NCBI GenBank assembly: GCA_003344405.1
Contig: NOWV01000136.1
Coordinates: 1 to 64,000 of the forward strand
Source: Trichoplax sp. H2
Taxonomy: Eukaryota
Direction of reading: 5' to 3'
Length of the DNA stretch: 64,000 nucleotides
Program-made: the position numbers and the translations under genes
Part shown: one piece after another, positions 15,001 to 32,900 of the stretch
How the letters are laid out: each line of letters begins with the position of its first letter
Position numbering within the stretch: the stretch's first letter is position 1
Notes under the pieces: generated by a model
What the model was told of the DNA's origin: nothing
Database searches by the model: none
What the model saw: the letters and a program-made list of their open reading frames with translations, nothing else

Positions 15001-16288
15001 AAAAATTATTTCAAGCTCTAAAGTCGATATGATACGCAAAGCCTCGAATTTTAACTATTAAATCTTCCGATGGAGTTGAAGAATTTCAGTAGTAATAGTG
15101 TTTCATATTCTAGAAAAATCTCGGTGTTGTTTTATCACTTTTTCAAAAGCATTTTACGTTACTTATACTTATTTATGATAATTATAATATGAGCTATCTA
15201 ATGTTTGGATAGAATATTTGTTAGATAATTTTGGACAATTATGGCTCTTGTAAGGGTACTCGACGAGTAAGCCACTAACCTAATAATGCGATGTAGTAGT
15301 TTGAAAGACAATATTTAAACATCCCATCTTTATAGATAATACCATTTAATAGAGTTTTTAACAGCAACTGCAATACCGTGGCATAGCGATAGATCATTTA
15401 TGTATTGTTTCGGAAAGATTGAAATGCTTTCCTACTACATCATTTCTTAACAAGCCTTTGAGATATATCTAGATTATTTAAATAAAAACAATATGTCACG
15501 ACCGCACAGTATTTGAATTATGCTGTATACGTATATATGTGTGTCGACCTAGTTTACGATCGGATGTTGAATCTTAATCAGAATTACTTTAGATGTAGAG
15601 TTGATTTATATCTAATAATAGAAAAAACTTTGAGCTAACTTTGCATGACAAAGTATTTTTTAACTATGAGGAAAAAATTCTTACGCATGATATCTTTGCT
15701 TGATGTACCACACCCGTTTATTATTTAAAAGATTGTCGCGTAAAAAATATCTTTTACTTATCTTGTGAAATAGTTTCAGAGAGTTTTAAAATAATAATCA
15801 ATCTGTGAACTTATCCAATCAGCGATAATTTACCTGCAACGTGAAGATGCCTCCTACGGGTAATACTCAGCGAGTTTAAATTATAGTTCAATTTTAATAG
15901 CTACCAAATATTGCTGTTTTCCAATTGGATTGATACCATATCAATGATAGCGCTGACCTTAAAATTTGATGAAATCTTTGTACATTACAATGACATCTAC
16001 TAAAATACCGGATAAAAAGTAGAATGGATCGTTCTGAACAAATTAGGCTTTGAATGAATTTCAATTTTTTCTATTAATGGTAACAAACAATTCATAGCAT
16101 TCGTGACCACACAGCGTTGCAAATAAACTACGTCAGACCACATGCCTAGCTTTAAGTTTGTGATTATTATTAAAGACAAATTATTCGGCTGTTTAAATTG
16201 CAAAATTGGTTTATATTTCTCTGATTGTGCTGGATAGTTGCATTTGCTTTTTAGTACAATCTAAGAAAACAATTATACACTGTCCAAT

Positions 16289-19200
16289 ATGGCTGACGAT
16301 CAAGACTCACCCCATGTCCAAGATAATGAAGAAACTTATTTGGACGAAGAAGAAGATGTACGAAATACAAGACTGTACTATTAAAATATTACTATCAGCA
16401 TATTTGTATAGTACAATATAGCTACTCTAACTCTAGATTTAACCCTAGTCTGAGCTCTTTTCTATATTAATTTTCTCGTAGTATTTATTTTACGATTGAA
16501 AATAAATTAGCAAGGCTTTCTTCACGAACTAGCTACATTTAACGCGTTTCATAATACTACTACGCACATTATTCGTGTATTTAGAATCTAGGATAAGCTG
16601 AACAATTATCATATTAACGATTGTAAATTATTCTACTCTAGCTGCACTATAAGTAGAAAATAGGACGCTAATTTATTTTAAGGGTATTGTTAGATAGGTT
16701 ATGTCATTTTGCATAGAATATCACTCTTCATTGAACACTTTTATTATCACGTAAATAACTTCAATTCCATTTATTTTAACTTGCGCCTACTTCATTTGCT
16801 GATTATGGGTATTTTAACCACTAGGCAAATAAGCCAACAAGTAAGTGAATAAGACAGACTATACATTAAACTATTGAAATTTTCTTGATTTAAATTACCG
16901 AGTTAATATCTTTATTAGTTATCTATAAATTGGAGGAGGTACCTTCCATACTTGTTACTATTGGGCTCGGTTTGCAGGTGAGCAAAGCAGCAGTATAGTT
17001 TGAATATGATATGAAAGATGGCAATTAGATTTGTTTGTTATACATATATGTAATCAATGCTCAACATTCGTACGATATATTCATTCAATCTCAATTTGAT
17101 TTTTTTACAATTTAGCACTACTTAACTATGTTTGGCTCCACTGTTTCAATTCCATTCGTTTTAGCTGCGCCTCTGTGTATTGGAAATAATCCTCTGGCAA
17201 TTAGTGATTTGATCTCTACAATTTTTTTCGTTTCCGGGATTAGCACTCTCTTACAGTCGGTATTTGGTATCAGGTAAAACTTTAGCCTATTGCTATTTGC
17301 GTTATCAATTTGTTAGCGAGTGTTATCGTAGTTTGATATAGCTTCGACGTTATAACCGCATACAAGCCCAAACAGCTCAATTAGTAGCTAGTATTGCAAT
17401 TCTTACTGAGTCTAATTTAATATTGATAATCCTAGTACGAAGAGGTTGATTGAGAATGACATCATGGTGAAAATTATATCTATATGTTAGAAATTTGAAA
17501 TATTAATTATTCACCTGTATCCTCACACCTAGATTACCAATTGTCCAAGGAGGAACTTTTGCTTTAGTAACTCCAACCATTGCCATAATGAGCCTTGATA
17601 AATGGAAATTATCATGTAGTCCTAATGTGGTTCCATTTGACAGTAAGTTAGCCATGGTATCTTTACAGCTAAGACAGCTAAATTAAATCGGATACCTACA
17701 CGTAATATGACTATTTGGCGGTCTCAATACAACTATCACCCTTTTACAATAAATTTACATATAAGATATTGACTATTACGACGAGAGTATTAAAAATAAT
17801 GCATTTCTATGCTGTAGAAGGTTTTATTACCCCTATATCGTATAATAACAAATTATTCTTTAAAATAATAGACCTTACCGTAGCACAACAAGCTATTCAA
17901 ACTGAGATGTGGCAATCAAGGATGAGAGAAGTAAAATAAATTTCTTAAAATTCTGTAATTTTGCAAATTGCCAAGTATAGATCAATCGAGTGATTGTTAG
18001 AATAGCCATTTTTTGGATAGCTGGAATAAAGTCAATTTAATATTTTTCTTGCTATATTGAAGTTATCTTATACTATAGTGATTGCAATAATATTAGTATG
18101 TTGATTAATTACCTACTTTTATTAAACTATAATATGTAGATTCAAGGCTCAATCATAATATCATCATTTTTTCAAGTCGTAATTGGTTTTACTGGATTAA
18201 TGGGCTTGTGCTTGAGATTTATTGGACCTTTGACTATAGCTCCAACTATCGCTTTAGTTGGGCTAGCTTTAATCGACGCTGCAAAATTTTATGCATGTAG
18301 GGTTGCATTAATCGTTGATTGTTGCTTATTATTGATGATCAGTTTTCGTCTTAATCACATCATTATGGGCTGATTTGTTACCTGATCAGATTTATATATT
18401 TTGGATTACGGCTTTAAAATCAATCGGTTAATGTTTAGTAGTCAGTATTCGCTACAAGATCATAATGAATTAAAACATATGGAATAAAATTGACTGCTGA
18501 GAATTTTGTTTAAGCCATTTTTTTTTACTTTCTTCCTTCTTCTTCAGCCTCACACTGGGGTATGGCGATTTTGTAAGTTAAAATAGCAAATATACGTATA
18601 AAAAAATTAACGTCATTAAAGCTAGAATTTTTCAATTTATTTTAAATACCCGCATATTGCAATTTATAACCAATTCCTGCTACTTCATGAACATTAAAAA
18701 TGATATTTTATTCACGTTATAGGACGATTACTTTGATTGTTCTATTCTCGCAATATTTGGAGAGATTTGCAATTCCACTCCCGGTCTACAACAAAGAAAA
18801 GAAATGCCACATTGGATGGATTCATGTATTCCGACTATTTCCTGTAAGTAGATAATCACTATTGGCGGTATTTACAGTGCTAGAACTTAATTGATTACTG
18901 CTATCATGACATTATTGAGCTTTATACGCTAATTTACATTGCAGGATTGTGATTATTGTACCCTAATTTTAACCTGTTTAATATCTATATCATTAATACA
19001 TAATGTAGTCTATTTAGAAATATTTCTTCAATCGTCCTAGTGTAAATTACGTTTTTTATCTACGTAAACTGACTGTGTAGTTTTTCTTTTTACTACTGTA
19101 GTCATTAGTATAGTAACTCGCATGTTACTGCTGAGTGGCAATGTGAGCCGGATAAGTTAAAGAATGATATTGTAAACGGGTACTGTTAACGCTCTCATTT

Positions 19201-20746
19201 CTTTTTCAATTTATGATATATGCATAGGTATTGCTTGCGATCATTGTTGCTTGGTGCATTTCAGCCATTATTACAGCTGCCGGTGGGTTTCCTGATGATC
19301 AAAATGCACCTGCCTACAGGGCAAGAACAGATGCGAGAGGATCAGTTTTAATAAATTCTCCCTGGATTCGTTTTCCTTATCCGTGTAAGTTTGGCTTATT
19401 GATTAAAAGACTGAACTTTTCGAATTTTATCCCTCTATCTTTGCTTTAACAGTATACAGATTTAACCTGCCAGGGTTAATACTCTTAAGTATCCATAAAT
19501 ATTGCATACAGAATAGATTTGATGATAAAATAGATTGTCGGAACTGTAAATTAACCCATTTTGATTATTTAATAATTAATTGTTTAATCTTCAGTTCAAT
19601 GGGGGCTACCTACTGTATCTGTTGCTGGGGTATTTGGAATGCTTGCTGGTGTTTTAGCTTCCATGATTGAATCACTAGGTGATTATTATGCATGTGCTAG
19701 GCTTGCTGGTACTCGACCGCCGCCACAGCATGCTGTAAACCGTGGCATCGCCATCGAAGGCATAGGTAGTATCTTAGCTGGTATGATCGGGTCGGGAAAT
19801 GGAACAACTTCTTACAGTGAAAATGTCGGCGCTATCGGTATTACTAAGGTAAAGCATCCCTAAGAAAGCTGCAGTAATTGAGCTGTTTACAGTAAAAAAA
19901 ACACACGAAGGATCTTGTTATCATTTCCAGTTATATTACAAAAACAATGTAACCAGGCTCTACTTATTTAGAGACTAATCAGCTTGAGAAATACGTTTAC
20001 TCGTATAACTATATTTTAATTAGAAACAAACAATCTTATAGAAAGTGAGAGAATATGACGTAGCCTTGTTTCTCATCCAACAATAAATTATATCAATATC
20101 ATCACTCAATTTATAGGTAGCAAGTCGCGCTGTTGTTCAATGTGGAGCTATCTTGATGATTATATTGGGTATTTTGAGCAAATTTGGAGCATTATTTTCA
20201 ACTATTCCAGATCCTGTTATTGGCGGTGTATTTATTGTCATGTTTGGCATGATCACTGCGGTTGGATTGTCCAATTTACAGTTTTGCAATATGAATTCTT
20301 CTCGCAATATCTTCATTACCGGTTTTTCGATCATCTTCGGCTTGGTCTTTCCAAGTTGGCTTGCAACGGGCAATAATGCCGAATCTATTGATACTACCGT
20401 TCCAGAATTAAATCAAATCATTGTCGTTTTACTTAGCACCAGTATGGCCGTGGGTGGAATATTGGCATTTATACTGGATAATACTATACCAGGAACGTTA
20501 GAAGAGCGTGGCATGCATGTATGGCTTAAAGAAGCGGGTAGTAATTCTGCCCGCGATAAACGTATCCAAGCAGAAATACGCAGGGTGTACGATCTGCCAT
20601 TTGGTTTAACTAAATTTTTTCATAAGGCTTCTTGCACAAGATATTTACCATTTTGTCCTCCTCGCCATGAAGATGATGATGTTCATGTTGCAGTTGGTAA
20701 AAATGCCGACATGGAAGCGGGAGCAGTTGGTGATGATCAATTGTAA
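16289..20746 (+). CDS. SLC23/NAT family transporter, copy 2 (tandem paralog with the same exon structure)
   Basis: ATG 16289 (MADDQDSP...), a 16-nt micro-exon at 16825-16840, 'LQHYLTMF', NAT signature '[13 protein letters not shown]', and a last exon ending TAA at 20746. Intron positions mirror copy 1. Confidence 0.92.
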
Positions 20747-23617
20747 CTGAGCGATAGACTGTTTATGGTTAGTGATTTGAAAATAGAAGCCTGTAGTAGA
20801 CATTATTATTTGAATGCAAGAAAGAAAAGAACAGTTCTAAAAGTATGATGTTTCCTTTACATTTATAATACTTTAGGATTATAGACACCATACAATAATA
20901 CATAAAAATGAAAGTATTGATTAATCACCGTCCGTGTTAACAAATTAATTTGAATTCCAGTTGACATCCTATTAGACTTGGCTAATGAATTTTAATTTTG
21001 TCGGAATACAGTTAGGACAACTCAGAGTGTCAATGTTCAATTCCTCTACATCAGACCGATAAAATGATAATTTTATTATGAATTTCTTTAATTTGTTACT
21101 TGTAGTTAACTGATATTTGGAGGTCAAATGATGTCATGTTTATTAATACGAATAGTAGTTAATGATCATGTGTTATTGAGCTCTGGTGGATATGCCTTTC
21201 ACATTCATTAAGTGTGTTTCTTGCTATAATTGAATAAAATAAAGTTATTGAATGAACATCCTCATTCTAATGCCTACCAAGCACCAGTAATGTCCAGTAG
21301 TAAAGAGTCGAATGAATAAGTTTTGAGCCATTTCAGTTTTAATAGATAGCCTATTTTATAAGGGATTTTTCAGTGATTTTATATACTTTTATATCAGTAG
21401 TGATGTTATAGCCCTTTTATTTTAGTCTTGGAAGTAATTTTGGTAGTATAAAATCAAGTAGTACCCCGGTCGATCATCAGATCGACCATAATTGTCTTTT
21501 ATGTATCCTTGCTATTAGCAAGAGTGGATAGGGATCTTAAGACATGGCGCTTTAGAATGTAGTGGAAGTAGTTTTTGTTAACTGGCTTACGTTGGGCTGT
21601 TGGAGCCAAAATGCGCCAGTCCAAACTGCAGATTCAGTTGAAGATGATATTGTAGTGGAATACAGCTAGCTTAGCTACGGGCTAACCTAGAAAGAGTGTT
21701 TATGGTTGTTCAATATCCATGGTTGTAGTGAGCATACTATAAAATGGTCTTTCAGAGATCAGCAAGCTAAACCCATACTACTTCAGGTAGAGAGGCAAGA
21801 AGTAGAACGATTTTGCACTAGCGTTGTAAGTTCTAAGCTAAGAAATATCGATTTCTGATCTACTCCTAGTCTTGATATAAGAAAGATTCTCTGCAATCCG
21901 AAGACAGAGGTAAGTGAGTATTTGCATTTTTCTTCTCTGACTAATATAAAGTAATCTCAACGTAGCTCTAGCCCATATAACAACGCTTGATCAGAAGCCT
22001 ACAAGGCGATTTCTTTTTGTTTCTCCAGCCATCTTTATTTCAGCATTATCAATGATCTGTTCAACACTGTAAGCATGTATTACACTAGGCTACAGTATGC
22101 AGGTAGAAGTGCCTGATCAATGATGATATCGCCTAATGTAATGATTTTGTCACTCATTTCTCATCAAGGTGTTCAATTTGCAATTAATTACGTACTGTAC
22201 ACATTTAGCCCGTAACGCCATTTTTAAAAATGACAAAAATGGCGGCGTTGGATCAGTAATTTGAAAGGGAAATGGACCACTTTGAGCAACTAGAATTCCT
22301 TGAGAATTTCTATCACGAGACTGCCACTCCTACTGTATACCGTACTCAGTGTAGTATACTGTATACTAAAGCGTGAAGCTGTTGGGAAATATTGAGTTTT
22401 AAAATTGATTTTTTAAGCAATTTATATTTTATTCTATCTAAAAATGCCTGCAAATAGTGTCCTCGAAAAGAAGCAAGTCATTTTTTTTCTGGACAGGACT
22501 AATTAAGCCAGCGAGAGAGGGCCACAGACACCGCCATCACTCTCAAGTCATGAGCGATTTCCGCCATAGACCGCGATGCGCACGCTCAGTAATGAGCAAT
22601 TTCCGCCATAGACCATGATGCGCATCTACAGTAGTACCGTAATCCGCGGTACAGTACTGTACACTGTACTGTACAGTACAGTATTTGTTTAACCAGCGAG
22701 GCATTTACGTTACAGTACGTTGTACTGTAAAATGGAACAAGTGGTACTGTACATTTCTCTTCAAAGTCCCTTCTTTTTTCCAGTAGTCTATGGTACACTG
22801 TACTAACTGGCTATGGTGGATCAGGCCTGGGATAATGCGAAATTAAAAAATTGTTAGTAATTAATCGTAATCCGTAATGGAATTCAATATCTTGTAGTCG
22901 GTGATCACTTGCGTGGACCACTAGGACCTTCTTGTGGTCGATGTCACTGGCCAGTCAGGAAACGAGACAGGGGGGGGTTGGGTGACCCAAATCGGCCACC
23001 CCACCCCCTTAACTCCTTTCCTGGCGTTATAGACCACCGTATGACAACAGTAGATTTCCATACAGCACCTACATGCCTACTACTATTCTGAGTATTTGGC
23101 AGTCTATGACGCTACCGTAAATCTAGCAGTCGAATGGAAAACAATCCATTTTTCGAAAGTATCTGCAATCTACCTCAATTTTTATACTACGCTAAACCAA
23201 AAGGATGATCAGTAGGACCACAATATTGGAAAGGCATCTACACGATTTGAGCATGGTGTAGGTATGCAGTGCACCTCAAGCAAAAATAATGTCACTCTAC
23301 GTGCTTAAAGTGCCAGATCGATACATTACAAAATTGCCACCACCTGTGACATCCCTTTTCGTGCATGCGGGATCGCTACAAGCAGTACAAAGTCCAGCGT
23401 ACCCTACCCTACAGTACGCTGCACTGTACACTGTAAAATCAAAGGACTGCAAGCTGGCACTGCTCCGGTTCGAGCTACCTTGGACCCAGGGACCAACGCC
23501 ACCTAATAATCATCTGCTTCGAGCTGGAAGAGAAGCGGATTGCCATTGCTGTTCGGTAGCATTGATCTTCATCGAATTCATTTTTAGGCAGCTAGTAAAT
23601 AGAATTGAAAGAACATC

Positions 23618-29112
<5,495 letters not shown>

Positions 29113-29959
29113 GAGCTGCGTGTCTAGGCCGATAACATACTATCAACGCAGTGGTGATGCGATTAGAGCAATTCGTTTGGCTTACGTATTCGTTCTTTAA
29201 AATTTTAGAATAATGGTAATGGTAATAGCATAAATACGAGTTACTTTTTATTCCGTTAACTTCGATATAAATTCACTTGAAACCATCAGTTACTAAAGCT
29301 AATAAACTACATAGACTGATTTCTTAAAAATCACAATTAGCCAGGTAAGTTTAGTGCCACACTACATTTCGGTGTGTATGTATGAGGTCTTTTTAGCTAT
29401 AATAGATATCGACATATTGTATTGCAATCTCACAAAATATATAATAGATAAGCTTATATTGACCAGCTTTTAAAACCAATTGTACCAAATGGAAGATGCA
29501 TATCTTTCTTGTAAATTAAAATAAAGCTTTCCATTATCAAAATTTTTCTACAAATTTATTATATTATACACGCGACATTAATCTTTTATAAGATTTGAAA
29601 GCAACTATAAAAGCTTAGCCGAGTGATTTTAAATTCTCGCTTTGTAATGATATTTCAAGAATAGAGTGTACTGTAAAAATTTTAATTACATGATGCACTA
29701 ATTTCGGTCTGTGCAAACCGCAGTACCCTCTGTAAAAGCCCTCTGCAATGACTGACCTTGCGCGTAACTAAGTTAACTGATAGATCTCCTTTTTTGGATA
29801 GTGCAGCTCTAAGACATAATGAATTGGTCTTTAGGATAGAAAATTCGACAAAACCCTTTATCATGTATTAAATTTTAGAAAGGTAGTCATGCAACATAAG
29901 TACAAAATATATTCAGAAATTCTTTTTGCGTAACTGAGCATAAGTGCATGATGATGCCG

Positions 29960-32900
29960 TTACTCTTGTCCTTGTATTCGGTGAGCTGAAAGTAAATATA
30001 CCAAAAATTAGCGATAGTCAGCTAGAAGTTCACCCAAAAGTATATCACCGTACTGACAATAAACTGTATTTACATTGCTTTGGGACGCGTAAAGCTTCTT
30101 TTTCATTGATAGTAACTTCATGAGATATTAGACGAAATTCATATTCGATTCGCAACATCTTCTCTTCACCAGGGCATGGGTCGTAAAAGCCTAATATCTC
30201 GTTCTAAGAGTCGTTAAATATTACGTTATCCTATTTTATAGCCGATAATATGCTTAAACTTTACTGCTAAATCAATATTCACCTTTTCTCCTTCTGGGAT
30301 TATTAAGCGAGAATCTTTCACTTGACATTGCAGCGGAATCGTTACATCAATAATTTTATTTATGTCTTCTCGAGAGCTAGATAAAAGCTTCCCAAACCAA
30401 GCTCTTACAATTATTAAGCCTGCAATAAAAAAGTACCAACCAATGCTGAAAAATCATTACATCAAGATTTACAGATGTGCCTTTACTGTATACTTACCAC
30501 CTTTAGATCTTTCACTGTCTACTGATCTATTATAGCTTTCTTCCATAAGTTTTATAGCCGATTCAGCTTCACGTTTCGCTTTCCGTCTCGTTTCCGCTCT
30601 AGTTTCAGCATTGTATTTGTCTTCTTCTCGCTTCATTCTCGCTATAAATGGTTTTATGATTAAGGACTGGACTGTCCAATAAGTTAACAATGGAACAACT
30701 GTTGCGTAAAAGACAATAGTTCGATCGACTTCTTCAGAGAGATATATGGGCAACTTGTATGTTTGTGTTCCACGCGTAACTCTAATATTGATAATTGCAA
30801 GAGGAAAGTTTTAATTATGAAACAACATCACAATCAGTCCTAGATTCCATGGCATCTTTTCATATCTTAAATTAAGTAACATATGGATAATATAAGCGAA
30901 CAATAAATGTCGTACTTAAGTTTCAACGTAATACCGCGCGGGACGGAAACTGAAACAGCTGCAGAAAGTAAACTGTGTTTCGTTACTTTGGTTTCAGCTC
31001 CATATATTAGAGCCATAGATAATAATCCATATCTAGAAGACAAAGACAAAATACCATAACTAACAAGTTATTATTTGCGAAGGGTTTTACTACAGATAAC
31101 AGACCTAGCTTCAGCAAAAAGTCTCGATTCACTCTGAAAGCGCCTCACATATCTAGCCATAAGGAATGTGTCAGCAAAACCAACCTTAAATTAAAAATTT
31201 GATATGATCAATATACATTTCTATTCAAACAAGATTAAGAATTAATTGTTATATTGCATTATTGCACTATCGTAAGCATGACAGACGTACAATATCAAAC
31301 GCATAGAGTATAAAGAAATATAGTGATATCTACAACCTGCAAACCAACAACGACTTGATTGGTGCCATCATCGTGCACGACAGTTGTATTTATAGATGAT
31401 TGAATTCCCGCTCTCCATGTTAGGTAGCCAATAGTATGACTGTCTAGTTGTTGTACGAACACTACAGTAGTAAAATTATAATATGTAATGCAACTTCGTG
31501 ATTGATAAAATATACCATGGTAATATCTATTATACAATATCAATTAAAGAACATGATAGTATCATCCTTACTTGCAGTTAACCCTGGGCGAAGGTAACCA
31601 TTAGTGATTTGTGAGTTCAATTTGACTACTGAGTGACTGAAAAAAATTAAAGAAAAACGCGATATTAATTGAAGCCCTTGAGTTGCTATTCCATTTAATC
31701 ATAATGAAACCTTGATAAGTTGAGATCTCATATCATGACTCTATTTGTTACCTGTGTTTACCAATATATCTGCAACCGCCAACATTGAATAAAATACCAT
31801 TTCCGGCTCCTACTTCAACCTAATACATAAATTAAAATATAATGAACCAAATACAAACGATACGCAGATGGTAGCAAACTATAAATCTCTACAATCGCTA
31901 CGTAGTAGAATTACCTCATGCCATCCTGTAGCAATACGATTTCTGAAAGTTAGCAATGCATTGCCTCCTCCAATACCGTTTCGAGATGCCAACGCTCCGG
32001 ATAGTGTAACGGTGTTGTTAACCGTAACTGGAAACTAAATGAGAAAAAGAAAGTTCTCTAACCGAGTTTTCATACCTGCCATGAATGAAATAGGATACAT
32101 ACATCGATTGCCTGAGATATTTCCATTTCTCGGACTTCAATATTTGGCATTTCCCTAGAAAAAAGGCAGAAGCAAGAGAAGTGGTTTAGCAAATCAATTA
32201 ATAGTATGGATTTGTTGTCTTTGAAAGAAGAAACAAGAACATTGATCAAGTAATAAACCTTTCGATTCCATCATAGCCGTCATCATAACGATTAAATAGA
32301 TCTGTTGCGTCAATACCAATGGAAAATGTTCCCTAAATAAGATATATTGATTATCATGCATTTCGTATAGTGGGTTATAAATCACTACATTATTCATGTA
32401 AAATTGGCAAAATTCATATCATATCAGATAATGTGACGGCAATTCCTACTTTGGGGTTAGTCCTCTCTTCTAATTTCTGCTTATCTCTGGTTTCTTTAAG
32501 GCGTTCGAAATCTGCGTATATCTGCAATAAAATTTGACTAAATTTTAAAAACTAAAAGCAGCTATTGCTAGTTGTTCTCAATTAACAAGTACCTCCGCAG
32601 GTGTTCGTTTTCGTGAGACAACCTATTGTTTAAAGAATGATATGCGTATGTCAGGAATTATTAACTGATACCACGAATTCAGATTTTCAGTTAAGTATGC
32701 ATTGGTAAATACTGAGATTGGCAATCACTTAGTATAATTTGCTTACCTCCCATCCGGCTTCTAGTCCCGCTTCACCGTAAATATCGTAAATCTGACGCTT
32801 GTTAGGATCACTTAGAACTATAGTATTTAAGAAAGCATTTTTTACTGAGTGAAGAATACGTTAGATTTTATGTTTTCCGATTTTATATTTACCGCTATAA

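Noticed and set aside
21591-21686. Minus-strand segment with good acceptor and GTAAGC donor signals
   Set aside because: All three frames have early stops and no partner exons could be linked. It could be a non-coding exon but is unsupported.
22112-22170. ATGATGA box-C-like motif with a short terminal stem (possible C/D snoRNA)
   Set aside because: No proper CTGA D box on either strand and no recognisable rRNA guide.
22897-23060. Assignment of the hairpin island to H/ACA snoRNA, telomerase RNA or SRP RNA
   Set aside because: No H box between the first two hairpins, no CCCTAA-type template nearby, and no SRP helix-8 motif. It is kept as an unclassified finding.
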